DNA of 64,000 nucleotides from Eledone cirrhosa (lineage: Eukaryota), in assembly GCA_964016885.1 (NCBI GenBank), contig OZ024743.1, positions 265,918,001-265,982,000 on the forward strand, in the 5' to 3' direction. Positions 1 through 14,032 of this stretch are shown here, piece after piece (position 1 is the stretch's first letter; every line of letters begins with the position of its first letter). Under the pieces are notes generated by a model. The model ran no database searches, was not told the DNA's origin, and saw nothing but the letters and a program-made list of their open reading frames with translations. Position numbers and translations under genes: made by a program.

Positions 1-529
1 TGTATACAGCAGATTCTAAGGATAGTGTATGAAACGGAGGAGGCAGGTTATAGAATAGGTAATTCGAATGAGAGTAGGAGACAATAAAAGAGAATAGAAA
101 GAAATAAAAAATATTTAAAATTAGATAGTGAGAAATGTATAAACGGTGCTGTGAGAAATGAATAAAAAAAATCACAATGCTATCTTACAATTAGGTTAAT
201 AAGTTGATAATAGAAAAAAATTGTAGAAATTAAAGGGGTCTAACACATCTGCTATAAGTAGTTAGTAAAATTCTATCTCAAAATTACAGGGGGGTGGGAC
301 TGATGCTACAGAGGCCCGATGTCCCGATGTGTTGCATCGGGGCAGGCGAAAGGGAAAAGTAGACCAGGAAGAAAATAGGGGTGGAAGGAAGTGATAGAAT
401 GAGACAGGGGGAAGAAGAAGACATAGAGGAAAATAAAAGCGATACATCTACCTATGTAAGCTGGGGTTTCCCCTAACATATTCGGCAAGTATGTGTGTGT
501 GTGGGGGGGGGGATCAGCCCTTGTCTACC

Positions 530-1970
530 AACACGGGTCGTTATGGGGTTTGAGGGCGAGGTAAGTGCTACGCTATCTGTGTTTGCATGCGGTTACCAGT
601 TCTTCTTTCTTGTTTAGGGGTTGGTCCTTCGAAAACAGCATTTGTAATGTTTCCTCCGAGCATAAGTTACACGGACGGCGTCCTCCCGTGTAAGAGTTAG
701 CTCTGGACAGTAAGCTCCAAGTGAGATTGTAGGTTATATTATTATCTTGTAGGTCCCAGATGAGGCCCGAAATTGTAGTGGCATATCGCCGGACCGGGAT
801 TCGGAAAGTATGTCGGCGTTGGAAGAGCCCAGTCTTGAAGTCACACGCGATTAATCTTATATAAGCTTTGTTGGAGGTGTCCGTCCTCACGTTGCACTAG
901 TAGATCACATTACGTTCTCGGCATTTGTTGTTGTAGGGGCACGTAGATCTATGAGGGCAGTTACACCTCCTGATCGGCTCTCCACTGATGTCTAGGTTGT
1001 TTCTTCCATAGGGGTTGAGCTTTTTGTTGTTTGAGGAGACGATGTTTTGTGCGAAGTTAGGTGTGGTGTTGTAGGAGAGTTTGATGGTGTTTTTGTTATT
1101 ATGTTCTGGTAGTAGTGTTGTAGTGGGAAGTGTTTTTCGAGGCGCCTAATGAAGATTTTTTTCCGATAGGTGTTGCCACCTCAGCATTATCGGGAGGATA
1201 GAACCACATTACTTTGCGTGAGTGGCGGTGTCGCCTGCTGGTTCCGCTAAGGGAAGCTGGATAAAAGGATATTTCCTCCCGGAAGCCACTCCGCTTGAGG
1301 GACTGTTTGCAATGAGGAGCATGTTCGTCAAATATCTGCTCATTAGCGGACAAACGAGATATACGGAGGGAGATGTTTTTAACCAGGTTATTTGTGATGT
1401 TTCTAGGATGGTTAGAGCGGCGGTGGATGTAGTGCAGGTTGTCGTTTGGTTTCCTGTATGGATAGTACAGATCATTTTCGAGGTTAAGTGTAACGACCAG
1501 GAGATTGACTCGGGTTAATGACGTTTGTAGGGTGATTTTAAATCCCCAGTCCCGGAAGAAGTCGATTAGTTGTTTACGGACCCGGTCTGTACTACTGGTG
1601 TTGTACCATTTGAGGGTGAGGATCCCATCATCCCGGTACAATCCACCGCCGAATGCAGGAAACATTTCGGTGAGTTTAAATAATATGAATTATCCTATAT
1701 CTGTGACCTCGGCCAAATCCGTCGCGCCCATACTGACGTTGAAGGGGGAGTCGGGAGCTCTCTTTTCCACTTGAAGTTGTCAAAAAGTAGGACTGTCTTC
1801 CTGGCGTGGAGAATGATATTTCTTTCCTGGTCAGTGATGGGTGTGAGTGTTTCGGAAAGTCCAAGGCGGCCGTAAGGAGCGGTAAGGTAATAGATGCATA
1901 TTAACTCTCTATGTCAAACTGGATGAATGTTGTGTCTCGTTTGTGTTTACAACACATTTTAACCAATCCT
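530..1970 (-). mobile_element. Penelope-like retroelement (RT C-terminal half + GIY-YIG endonuclease), 5'-truncated and frameshifted; 3' non-coding part probably extends to the window start
   Basis: Minus-strand fragments read FIQFDIES (~1900-1930), GLYRDDGI and YPYRKPND..LHYIHRRSNHP (ORF 1099-1665), and CNLCSEE...LNKKEELVTACKH (ORF 573-890). These are typical PLE RT and GIY-YIG motifs. Confidence 0.9.
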
Positions 1971-2054
1971 CTTGACAACTACAATCTTCCCATATAAGGA
2001 AGTACCCCCTGACAATTTTGGCTATTTATTCATCAGGCTAAACATTCTTATTCA

Positions 2055-2192
2055 TTCCAGGAATAGCTGTCGAAACGGCTTGAGCTCTGCCGTCGGAGTC
2101 ATACTTTTTCCTATTTCCCACTCTACTAGCCTAAGTATTGAGTACTCTGGTGCGTTATGTTCTGGCTGGTTCCTTACCACAATTCTTTTGTT
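2055..2192 (-). repeat. Dispersed ~140-bp structured repeat (family X)
   Basis: Homologous to 30205-30342, 30916-30972, 37047-37190, 49515-49591 and 56776-56960 (shared GGCTTGAGCTC.GCCGTCGG and GAGTATTGAGTAC...GGTTCCTTACCAC). Confidence 0.75.
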
Positions 2193-2802
2193 ATATATAT
2201 ACGAAGAGGAGTGTGTGATAGGATGGATGTATATAACTCACTAAGAAAGAAAGTCAAAGTGTGTGCCAGCAATGTCGAGGGTGGGCAACAATTTGTAAGT
2301 TGTTTTTATGGGTTGCAGTAAGATCGTATTTTGTTTTGATCGTATTTTGATAGTATTTTACAGAATAGAGAAAGAGAGAGAGTTGGACAGAAAGAGAGAG
2401 GGAGAGAGAGATAGAGAGAGGGAGAGAGAAAGAGACTGAGAGAGAGACCAGTAAGCAATGCTTAAATTTTATTCGTGATATATGACATGTTTAAAGCTGA
2501 GATTGCATTGCAACATATTCAATACAGTCAATAGAGTGTACGTAATTATAAGTTAACAGTTACAAATGAGATACTATACTATATATTATATGGTGAGAAT
2601 ATAAAATATTTCACTTAAACATTATATTTTATTGATTTCACGCTTACCTATGTTCACTTGCCAGCATCTGAATGTTATGAAAAAGACTGCGAAACAAACC
2701 ATGCACATATGTTACACCTATTTTTTTCTTTGGTTTGTTATAAACTTCACGACTAAGGTCATGGTGGAGCAGAGTTTCGTGCATATATATATATATGTAC
2801 AC

Positions 2803-2912
<110 letters not shown>

Positions 2913-3148
2913 TTGTGTGTCTGTGCGTATATATATACAGCTATATGTGGTTGAGAGGTAACAGAATTGGATTCGCAAACGTGCGATTGTGAGTTCGATA
3001 TCTGGACCGTGTGATGCGTTATATACGTGAACAAGACACATTATTTTCCGTTGTTCTTTCTATCTGCAGTTGCGACCAGAGTATTAGGAATTGTAAAGAC
3101 CAACGGAAACATTCTTTCATCGTCCGATTTTACGAATGTCAATCGACT

Positions 3149-3188
<40 letters not shown>

Positions 3189-3949
3189 TAATATGTCTAC
3201 GAAATCTCACAACCACAAGTTACTTAGCTCACCTATGGTTGTGCAACACCCTGCCACTCATTATTTTACTCCATGCCAATTTATATATATAAATATGTGT
3301 GTGTGTGTGTGTAATTTTATAATGGAAGGATATAATAACATTGATGAAGATAGTTAAGTGAACATGATAAATAGTTAGGATATTATGTGACCATCGCAGT
3401 GGTTTTCAAATTTATCATAAACATATTTGGACATCGAACATCATGGATGTTACATAATTATTTATTTCTAGTAATCTCTTTACACATTTAGAAACAGGTA
3501 TTATTATCTCCAAAATATCAGTTAAATGTACAGAGCTATAATCTAGTAAAACAAACGGGTTCCTAAATGTCCCACAATGATTCAAACAACACTATTCTCT
3601 ATCTCCTCCACATGAAAAAAAGCATAATGTCCGACTCTCTACAGATACAATAATTGCACCACACATATAATAATAATAATATTAATAATAAAAATAATAA
3701 TGCTTTCTTTATTAACCACAAGGGTTTACATAAAGTAGACATTAAGGACAGTACAGGACAATACAGGACGGTACAAATGGGCATTTCTGCGTGTAAAAAA
3801 AATAGAGGATGTAATAAAAAAAATAACAATGAAAAATTTCCCAATAGGGGGGAGACTTCCGAGGGACATTTGTGGAGAAAGCCCATTAAAAGGCCACAGT
3901 GACCCTGACCACCAGGGCAAGTTCCCTCTCCCAGTTTTCCACCTTTAAT

Positions 3950-6900
3950 TTACAGACACATACACAGAGTAGGCCCATTAACTCGGGCCATACTTGCTTC
4001 TCTCACCCATCTTTCAACAAAATGGTGGGAAGAGAGCACTTCCCTCTCTACCCTGATTTTCCTCTTCAAATGAAATTTGAAAAAGTTAATCCGGGCATTA
4101 CTGAAGAGGTAAGTGCTCGTCTTCAGCCTTTTCAAACGTGTCCACCATAATATCTCTTTCGCCATGGCCACCAGACAGATAAAAACTGCCTGCCATCCCG
4201 ACTAAAGGAAGAGGGCGGGGCAATCTTCACAATGTACTCAGCTGATAGCTGGATCCGTCCTACACGCGAGAGCAGCTGTTTGACATAAACCCACAAGTCT
4301 GCAATGCTCGGACACTGGACGAGTGCGTGCAGGACGGTTTCGTCGCCCTGCACGCATCTCGGACATGCCCGGCTGACTGCACCTCCATGCCCGTAGAGTT
4401 TATCCCGAATTGCCAAAGCTCCTCGGTAGCACTGCCAGGCCAGGGATTTCTGGAAGTTGTCCATAGGCCCCGGCCCGAAAGTTCTTCCGAAGAGATTGGC
4501 TAGTTGATTTTCGTCGACGCCTAGAGTTTCCCCAAGTACGTCGTCGCTCTTCCCCTCCACTAATCCTCTATAGAACGCCAAGGTGGAGTTTCCACCGATC
4601 ACATTTCCCGATTGATCGAGGGCTGTGAGCGCCTGTAGACATTCCACTCTCCAAGCGCTCCCTCTCGGTCTTCGCTTGACCCAGGACTGCAGCTCTGTCA
4701 AGGAGGCGAGCTGGGGAAAGACGTGTCTAGCAAACGGCGACCACACCTGATCACCGTCGAGGAAGAGGTGGAGATGTCGTAGGCTGAGCGCGTGTCTGCG
4801 CACCATCAGCCACGGCATGCCCAGCCCTCCAAGTAGCGGGTGTTGACAGCAGATGGACCGCCTGACCGTCGGAGCGCGTCCCTTCCACAAAAAGCGAAAG
4901 AGTAAACGCTCCAGCGCAGTCAGGCGGGGCTTTGGACAAGGTACGACGGTCGGGCGGTAGTAGATGATGGACGCGATGTACGCGTTAGCTACCTCCGCTC
5001 AAACCTTTCAGGGATAGCTTCCTCTCCGCCCATTTCTGGGTGAGAGAAGCCACCCTGCTCGTCACCTCGTCCCAGTTTTTGTCCGTCTGGAGATCCGGAC
5101 AGAACCAGACCCCTAGCAATTTAACCGGTCCGTCCATCCAGCGCCCGACGACGCTGTTGGACGGCATGAACCTGCCTCTCCAGGTGCCGATCTGCAGGCC
5201 CCCTGACTTTTCTTGGTTGATCATTGCTCCTGTCACCGCTTCGTTTTCTCTTAGTGTACTGCCAATCGTCTCGATGTGTTTGGCGTTCGACACCACTACG
5301 GTGACATCATCCGCATATGCTGACACGGATGTTCCGCATCCTAGTTCGCGCGGGACCCCCCTCAACGTCTCCAGTTTGTGCAGTAATGGCTCGAGAGTCA
5401 ATACGTACAAGAGGGACGAGAGGGGACACCCTTGGCGGACCAAGCGCATGATGTTGAACGGTTCCGAAAGGTGACCGTTCACTGTCACCACAGAGCAGAT
5501 GTCGCTGTGCATCGCAGCGATCCAGCCTCTGAAGACGCGCCCAAAGCCAGCCGCCCTCAGGACTGCTGCTAGGTAACGACGGTCGACCCTATCCAAAGCT
5601 TTCGACTGATCTAAATTGATCAAGGACCCACCCGTGCCAGGTTCCCTAGCTACCCTCTTTACGATGTATCCCATGAGGTGGAGGTTGTCGTGGATGGATC
5701 TGTCGGGAATGGCGCACGTCTGCGCCTCTCCCACCAGACCACGAACGACAAGCGCCAACCTCTTTGCTAGCACCTTGGACAACATCTTGAACTCTGTGTT
5801 TAGCAGAGTTATGGGCCTGAAATTATCTATGTTATCCCCCTTGTTCGGACCCTTTCTCAGCAGCGCCACAGCTCCTCGGCTCAAAGAGCTGGGAATTCTC
5901 CCTTTCTGTTGCCAGTTGCAGTAGACGTCCGCCAAGAGGCCTTCGAACAACTCTGACATCTGTACGTAAAGTTCATAGGGCAGACCATCCAAACTAGGCG
6001 AGTTACCCATTGTGCAACCAGTCATTGCCTCCCGTAGTTCAGCGGCTGTTATCGGCTTTTCGCAACACTCCGCTTCAGTGGCCGAGAGCCGCGGAATTTC
6101 GTCGAGATAGATACTAAAGTACATCCCTCGATCCGACCTGCCGCTGCCCCCGAACAGCTGTGCGAAGTGTCGCTGAAAAGCTTCACACATTTGCCCGGGA
6201 TCGAGTAGCATGCGCCCATCGTGGTCCACCAAAGACCGGATCGTGGCTTTGTTGCCACGACGCGCCTCCGCCACTCGGGCCCATTGAACGGCTTTCGTCC
6301 CCTCGTGTCTGAGAGCACGGACTCTAGCTCTGACAACGCAGCCTTCGTGCTTTGCATTGAAGAATTGGTCAAGGGCCAATTTTGCCGCAAGTACGTCGGT
6401 CGCGATGCCTTTGCTAAGCGCCTCGTCTAATTTTCTAACTAATTCTCCCTCTGCTCAATTGTTCTCTATTGCTAAAGCCTTACTAAACCTAATGGACTCT
6501 ATTCTAATTTCTCTTTTCAGAGCAGACCACCACTTGTTGTTGACGATTGCCCCCGTCAACGCCCGTTTAACTAGTTCGCTAATCCGGTCTCTGTCGGCCT
6601 TGCGCGCTGGTAAGGACGCGTTTAGCTTCCAGTAGCCGCGTCCTCGTCTTTGAAGCCTATCTAAGTCAAGCACACAGATCACGAATTTGTGGTCCGTGTA
6701 GCTGACTATCTTGAATTGTGGACAGCCTATGCTAGACCTATTTATTTCCCTACAAACTACTCTATCTAGATATGATCTGGATGACCCTATGCGATTTGTC
6801 CAAGTCCACATTGGCACCCGCTAATCCCACACTGTCCCAGCGTGCATCTAAGATCCCCTTCAAGTCGCCCACTAACACTAAAGAGCGGGACGTTCCAACA

Positions 6901-7286
6901 AAGGTCTCCAGACGCCGGAAGAAATCAGGCCGCCCTGCTCCTGTCGGGGCATAGACGGCCACTAGCCTGAAAGCTTGCCCGTCTCCGCTGGTCACGTCCA
7001 GCACCACCAACTCACCTTCTGGGTCCAGGAAGATGGCCCGTATGGCGAGATGCAAACCTCTCCGAAAAAGCACTGCAACTCCTCTCTCCGATCCCGGACG
7101 GCTGGGAGATGTTTACACATCGTATCCGCCGAAGATCGGTGCGAAGGACCGTGCTTCGGAGATTCTGGTCTCGCTGATGGCCACTACATCTATGTTTAGT
7201 AACCTGAGGTCGTTGAGCAGGTGGCCCTGCTTCCATGACGACCCTAAGCCACGCGCATTTATGCTGCCTGTTCTGAGTGAGATCAT
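3950..7286 (-). pseudogene. ORF2 of LINE copy A: AP endonuclease, reverse transcriptase and C-terminal zinc finger, with stops and frameshifts
   Basis: Starts MISLRTGSINARGLG...DVVAISETR. Also VAVYAP, SYLDRV, YTDHK, GYWKLN, NFRPITLLN, VRQGCPLS, AYADDV and CPRC...ETVLHALVQCP across ORFs 6762-7073, 6455-6817, 4985-6379, 4132-4890 and 3950-4171. Confidence 0.92.
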
Positions 7287-7309
7287 GTTGAAATGGAGTG
7301 GAAAAGATG

Positions 7310-9253
7310 GGAAAGACCACTTTCCTTACTTCTCGTAGAGGAAGGACGGTTTCTCCATCCTTTTCACTGCTTGTGGCCTCCTCAGGAAGGATATCCTTAT
7401 AAATCCTCCTGGAGAGTGCTTGTCGGAAGTCTCCGATGTCTTTGGGGAATTTTTGTTTCAGTGTCATGTACGTTTTCTGTGTGATGCGAGTGATTGGTAT
7501 GTGTGGAGGGGGTGTGAACTTTTGGGTTGTTGTGTAGTCTTTTTCTGTGATGCTGGTGTTGTGTTGGATGTAGTGTAATAATTGGTTGTTCAAATTTAAT
7601 GCTGTCTAGTGTGTATCGTTTTGGTTGTTTTGTTTTGTTTGCGTTTGTTGTGGGTTTGTTTCTGTTTCGCACTTTGGTGACTTTTGTGGTGTAGATGATG
7701 GTGGTTTTGGTGCTAATGATGGTGATGGAGTTGGTGTTTGGGGTGATGGAGTTGGTGATGCTGGTGTGGATGGTGGCATGTCTGTCCTAACTTTTTTGTT
7801 TGATAGTTTATGTTTCCGTCCGTATTTTGTTTTTGGAGGGGGAAGGAAGAGAATTTTTTCTTTTTTGGTTTCTTCTTTTCTTTTTCCTGATACCGTTTCC
7901 CACTCCTCGTTGTCACAATCTGTCTCCAGTTGTGATAGGCCGGGGAGTGTAAAATCCTCCACAGGCGTTAATTTTGGTTGTGGCGTGGCGGATGGTGTAG
8001 GCGCTGGTGCTAGTTCTGGCGCGTTGGGTGGTGTGGGTGTTGGTTTTGCTACTGTTGCTGGGGTTGTTGCTGTTACAGTTGCTTCTTTTGTTGCTGCTAC
8101 AGTTGTTGCTGCCATCTCTGCTGCTGGTGGTGTTGATGGTTGAGTCACTGGGGTGGGTAAGAGAGGTGGTCTCAACCTTTTAGCCTGAGGGCAGAAAGCC
8201 CTTAGGTGGGTTCCTTCACCACAAACGACACACCTAAGCCTTCTGCCCTCAACAATTAGGGTGAGGTGGCTGCCATCAGTGAGGTCCCTACCTCTGGGAT
8301 CTCCGCAATGCTTTTTTGGTCCGCTTGGATCAGGAGCTGCATCCCAGACCCGTTCCAGTTCTCTTGCTATTCTTTCGCCATTTCTATTATCTTGGTGTTG
8401 GCCTCGATGCCGGCGAGGACGGCAGCTATTAGCCAGGGAATTTCGATGGACGGTGGAACGTGGGTGACCCTGATCTTTACGATTCTCTGGCCACAATAGC
8501 TAGGGACGAGTGTGAAGTCGTCACTTCTTAATGGTGCCAGGAGTGTTCTCTAGCCTCCTGTAGTGTTTCAAAGAACACGTCCACGGTTACATACTTCTGC
8601 CCACGTCTGATGTGGAGTTTTTTTGCCCACACATGTCCCAAAGCTTTTTGTATTTGGGACTCGGATGCCCGTTCCACTCGGCGCGATTTTATATTAATTG
8701 TTCGATAAAACACGGTGCATAGGCGCCGATGGTCCATTTTATTAGGTGGGGGTGGTGGTGAGGCTGACCCTGTACCCATCTTTCTTTACCATTTTTTGGG
8801 CTTCTTGAAATTCCTCCTGAGTTACCTGAAATGCTTCGCATTGTTTTGCTACTCTGGCAAAACTCAGGGTGGTTTTCTTAATGTCATTGTTGATGTTGTT
8901 GTTACCCTTATTTTTGTTATTATTAATTTTAGTTTCAGTTGTGGTGGTGGTTGCGTTAGTGGTGTTCGGTGTGGAAGAGTTCATTTTGGTTGAATTCATT
9001 TCGATATCACGAGTTAATTTATTTTTTCTTTTGTTTCTGTTGTCGCGTTGGTGGTGGTGGTGGCGGCTTTAACACCTGCAGTCATTGGTAATGGCGGGAA
9101 ATGAATGTCTGCCTGAGACAAATTTAAAATATTGCTACTGCTTATATTTTTTTTAGTGTTGGCAAACGTAGTCATATTTACAATGGTGGTGTCGGTGTGA
9201 GGTATTAGTTTGTGAGGAAGGCTGTCAGCTTCGTGTGGTTGTGAGTCATCCAT
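7310..9253 (-). pseudogene. ORF1 (gag-like nucleic-acid-binding protein) of LINE copy A, frameshifted
   Basis: CVVCGEGTHLRAFC (CX2CX4HX4C) in ORF 7606-8496, followed by a Pro/Thr-rich tract. It lies upstream of ORF2. Confidence 0.85.
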
Positions 9254-9467
9254 GTTTTTTTCAAAGAAAGTTTTTTTTTGATAATTACAAAAGTTTAAAT
9301 TTTGGGCTCAAGGACCCAATCTTTTTGAGTGTTCTTTTCGGAAAACAATGTATGTGCACTTATATAAAGTTAACAATAAAAATTTTCCATGAATGGCAAT
9401 TTTAAACAACTGAAAATAACAAACCTTTGCGGAGCTCACGATGATACGATTTACTACGTAGGTCGCC

Positions 9468-9517
<50 letters not shown>

Positions 9518-9519
<2 letters not shown>

Positions 9520-12500
9520 CTTTCTTTATTAACCACACGGGTCTACATAAAGTAGACATTAAGGACAGTACAGGACAATACAGGGCGGTACAAATGGGCA
9601 TTTCTGGTGTAAAAAACAAGAAACAGAGGAGGTAATAATAGAACAATGGAAAAAATTCACCAATAGGGGGAGACTTCCGAGGGACATTCGTGGAGAAAGC
9701 CCATTAAAAAGCCACAGTGACCCTGACCACCAGAGCAAGTGCCCTCTCCCAGTTTTCCACCTTTAATTTACAGACACATACTCAGAGTAGGCCCATTCAC
9801 TCGGGCCATTCTTGCCTCTCTCATCCATCTTTCAACAAAATGCTGGGAAGAGAGTACTTCCCTTTCTACCCTGATTTTCCTTTTCAAATGAAATTTGAAA
9901 AAGTTAATCCGGGCATCACCGAAGAGGTAAGTGCTCGTCTTCAGCCCTTTCAAACGTGTCCACCATACTATCTCTTTCGCCACGGCCACCAGACAGATAA
10001 AAACTGCCTGCCCTTCCCGGCTAAAGGAAGAGGGCGGGGAAATCCTCACGATGGACTCAGCTGATAGCCTGATCCGTCCTACACGCGAGAGCAGGTGTTC
10101 GACATAAACCCACAAGTCAGCAATGCTCGGACACTGGACGAGTGCTTGCAGGACGGTTTCGTCGCCCTGCGCGCATCTCGGACATGCCCAGTTGACGTCA
10201 TCTCCATGCCTGTAGAGTTTATCCCGAACTGGCAAACTCCTCGGTAGCACTGCCAGGCCAGGGATTTCTGGAAGTTGTCCATAGGCCCTGCCCGAAAGTT
10301 CTTCCGAAAAGATTGGCTAGTTGATTTTCGTCGACGCCTAGAGTTTCCCCAAGCACGTCGTCGCTCTTCCCCATCCACTAATCCTCTGTAGAACGCCAAG
10401 GCGGAATTTCCACCGATCACATTGCCCGATTGGTCGAGGGCTGTGAGCGCCTGAAGAAATCCCAGTATTCAAGCGCTCCTTCTCGGTCTTCGCTTGACCC
10501 AGGACTGCAGCTCCGTCAAGGAGACGAGCTGGGGAAAGACGCATCTAGCAAACGGAGACCACACCTGATCACCGTCGAGGAAGAGCTGGAGATGTCGTAG
10601 CCTGAGCGCGTGTCTGCGCATCATCAGCCACGGCATTCCCAGGCCACCACGTAGCGGGTGTTGACAGCAGATAGACCGCCTGACCGTCGGAGCGCGTCCC
10701 TTCCACAAAAAGCGAAAGGGCAAACGCTCCAGCGACACGGTGGTAGTAGATGACGGAAGGATGTCCTTATAAATCCTCCTGGAGAGTGTTTGTCGGAAGT
10801 CTCCGATGTCTTTGGTGAATTTTTGTTTTAGTGACGTGTACGTTTTCTGTGTGATGCGAGTGATTTGTATGTGTGGAGGTGGTGTGAACTTTTGGGTTGT
10901 TGTATAGTCTTTTTTCTGTGATGCTGGTGTTGTGTTGCATGTAGTGTAATAATTGGATGTTGTTAAAATTTAATGCTGTGTAGTGTGTATCGTTCTGGCT
11001 TTTTTTTTGTTTGCGTTTGTTGTGGGTTTGTTTCTGTTACGCTTTTTGGTGACTTTTGTGGCGTTGGTGATGGTGGTGTTGGGATTAATGATGTTGATGG
11101 TGCTGGTGTTTGTGGTGATGGGGTTGGTGATGCTGGTGTGGATGGTGGCATATCGGTCCTAACTTTTTTGTTTGTTAATTTATTTGTTTCCCTCTGTATT
11201 TTGTTTTTGGAGGGGGAAGGAAGAGAATTTTTTCTTTTTTCTTTTTTTTTTTTTTTCCTGATACCGTTTCCCACTCCTCGTCGTCTCAATCTGTCTCCAT
11301 TTGCGATAAGCTGGGGAGTGGAAAATCCTCCACAGGCGTTGGTTTTGGTTGTGGCGTGGTGGATGGTGTAGGCGCTGGTGCTAGTTCTGGCGCGTTGGGT
11401 GGTGGTGGTGTTGTTTTTGCTACTGTTGCTGGGGTTGTTGCTGTTGCTGTTACAGTTGCTTCTGTTGTTGCTGCTACAGTTGCTGCTGCCATTTCTGCTG
11501 CTGGTGGTGTTGATGGTTGAGTCACTGGTGTGGGTAAGAGAGGTGGCCTCAACCTTTTAGCCTGAGGGCAGAAAGCCCTTAGGTGTGTTCCTTCACCACA
11601 AACGACACACCTAGGTCTTCTGCCCTCGACGGTTACGGTGAGGTTGCTGCCGTCAGTGAGGTCTATTACATCTGGGATCTCCTCAATGCGTTTATGGTTC
11701 GCTTGGATCAGGAGCTCCATCCCAGATCCGGACCAGTTCTCCTGCTTTTCTTTTTCTATTTCTATTATTTTGGTGTTGGCCTCGATGCCGGCGAGGACGG
11801 CAGCCATTAGCCAGGGAATTTCGATGGCCGGTGGAAGTGGGTCACCCTGATCATCACAAGTCTCTGGCCACAATAGCTTGGGACAAGTGTGAAGTCGTCA
11901 CTTCTTAATGGTGCCAGGAGTGTTCTCTAGCCTCCTGTGGTGTTTCAAAGAACACGTCCACGGTTCCATACTTCTGCCTACGTCTGATGTGTTTTTTTTT
12001 GCCCACACATGTCCCAAAGATTTTTGGATTTGGGACTCGGATGCCCGTTCCACTCGGCGCGATTTTATATTAATTGTTCGATAAGACACGGTGCATAGGC
12101 GACGTTTCTCCATTTTATTAGATTGTGGGGGGTTGAGGCTGACCCTGTACTCATCTTTCATTACTATTCCTTTGGCTTCTTCCTATTCCTCCTGAGTTAC
12201 CTGGATCGCTTCGCACGTTTTTGCTACTCTGGCAAAATTGAAGGTAGTTTTCTTAATTTCATTGTTGCTGTTGTTGTTATCGTTATTTTTGCTATTGTTA
12301 ATTTTAGTTTCAGTTGTGGTGGTGGTGGCGTCAGTGGTGTTCGGTGTGGAAGAGTTCATTTTGGTTGAATTCATTTCGATATCACGAGTTAAATTTTTTT
12401 TGTTTCTGTTGTCGCTGTGGTGGTGGTGGTGGTGGGGGTTGTCGCGGTGGTGGTGGTGGCGGTGGGTGTTGTCGCGGTGGTGGTGGTGGTGGTGGCTTTA

Positions 12501-12881
12501 ACACCTGCAGTCATTGGTAATGGCGGGAAATGTACGTCTGCCTGAGACAAATTTAAAATATTGGTACTGCTTAAATTTCCAGTGTTTCAAACGTAGCAAT
12601 ATTTACAATGGTGGTGTCGGTGTGAGGTGTTAGAGTGTGAGGAAAGGAGTGACTCTGAGACATCCATGATTTTTCAAAGAAAGATTTTTGTTTGATAATT
12701 ATAAAAAGTTTAAATTTTGGGCTCAAGGCCCCAATATTTTTGAGTGTCCTTTTCAGAAATCAATGTATGTTCACTTATATACAGTTAACAATAAAAATTT
12801 CCATAAATGGCAATTTTAAACAACTGAAAATAACAAACCTTTGCGGAGCTCACGATGATACGATTTACTACGTAGGTCGCC
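9518..12881 (-). mobile_element. L1/Tx1-like LINE copy B, both termini intact, ~2.4-kb internal deletion of endonuclease and RT
   Basis: Same 5' and 3' ends as copy A. At ~10755, sequence equivalent to A ~4970 joins directly to sequence equivalent to A ~7385. Confidence 0.9.
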
Positions 12882-12925
<44 letters not shown>

Positions 12926-12931
12926 CAATAA

Positions 12932-14032
12932 TGCTTTCTTTATTAACCACAAGTGTTGCCATAAAGTATAACATTAAGGACATCACAGAACGGTAGAGGC
13001 CGGCACAAATGGACATTTCTGCCTGTAAAGTAAAAACAAAGGAAATAACAAAAAAAAAAAATGTAACAAAGGAAAATTCCCCAATAGGCGCGAGACTTCC
13101 GAGGTTCACACATGGAGAAAACCCATTAAAAAAGCCACGGTGACCCTGATCACCAAGGCAAGTGCCCTCTCCCAGTTTTCCACTCCAATATACAGGCGCA
13201 TACTCAGAGGAGGCCCATTCACTCGGGCCATGCTTACCTCTCTCAGCCATCTTTAAACAAATTGCTTAGAAGGGAGCACTTCCCTTTCCACCCTGATTTT
13301 GCTTTTTCAAATGAAATTTGAAAAAGCTAATCAGAGCATCGCGAAGAGGCAAATGCTCGTCTTCAGCATTGTCAAACACGTCCACCACACGACTTCTTTC
13401 ACTGTGGCCACCAGGCAGATAAAAACAGCCCGCCCTTCCTGCCTTAAGGAAGTTGGTGGGGCAATCCTAATGATGGACTCATCTGATAGCCAGATCCGTC
13501 CTCCACGCGACAGCAGGTGTTCGACGTAAACCCACATGTCAGCAATGTTCGGACACTGGACGGGTGCGTGCAGGATGGTTTCGTCCCCCTGCGCGCATCT
13601 CGGACAGGCTCGGCTGACGGCACTTCCATATATGTATAGTTTATCCTGATATGGCAAACCTCCCCAGTAACACTGCCAGGCCAGGGATTACTGGAATTTG
13701 TCTATGGGTCCCAGCCCGAAAGTTCTCCCGAAGAGATTGACTAGTTGATTTTCGTTGACGCCTAGAGTCTTCCCAAGGACGTCCACTCTCTTTCGCTCCC
13801 CTAATCCTCTATAGAGCACCAAGGTAGAATTTCTGCCGATCATATCGCCCGAGTGGCTGAGTGCTGTGAGCACCTGAAGACATTCCAATCTCCAAACGCT
13901 CCCGCTCGGTCGTCGCTTGAACCAGAACTGCAGCTCCATCAAGGAGACGATCTGCGTAAAAACGCGTCTAGCAAACGGCAAACACACCAGTTCACCATCG
14001 AGGAAAAGGTAGAGATGCCATAGCCTGACCGC
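12932..14032 (-). mobile_element. L1/Tx1-like LINE copy C, 5'-truncated (3' ~1.1 kb)
   Basis: ORFs 13331-13657 and 13688-14056 match the ORF2 C-terminus (CPRCAQGDETILH). The 3' end and (TTA)n match copy A. Confidence 0.9.

Larger units (their letters stand above)
3701..9467 (-). mobile_element. Full-length L1/Tx1-like non-LTR retrotransposon, copy A (decayed)
   Basis: 5' end GGCGACCTACGTAG abuts (ATT)n. ORF1 carries a CCHC knuckle and ORF2 is APE-RT-zinc finger. The 3' end AATAAAGAAAGCA is followed by (TTA)n. Confidence 0.93.

Noticed and set aside
298-352. CTGATGC...hairpin...GGCGAAA on the plus strand as a hammerhead
   Set aside because: The core is CUGAUGC rather than CUGANGA, I found no stem I or III, and it is antisense to the adjacent PLE.
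7625-8143. Gly/Val-rich plus-strand ORFs (also 10973-11371)
   Set aside because: Antisense shadows of the Pro/Thr-rich LINE ORF1.
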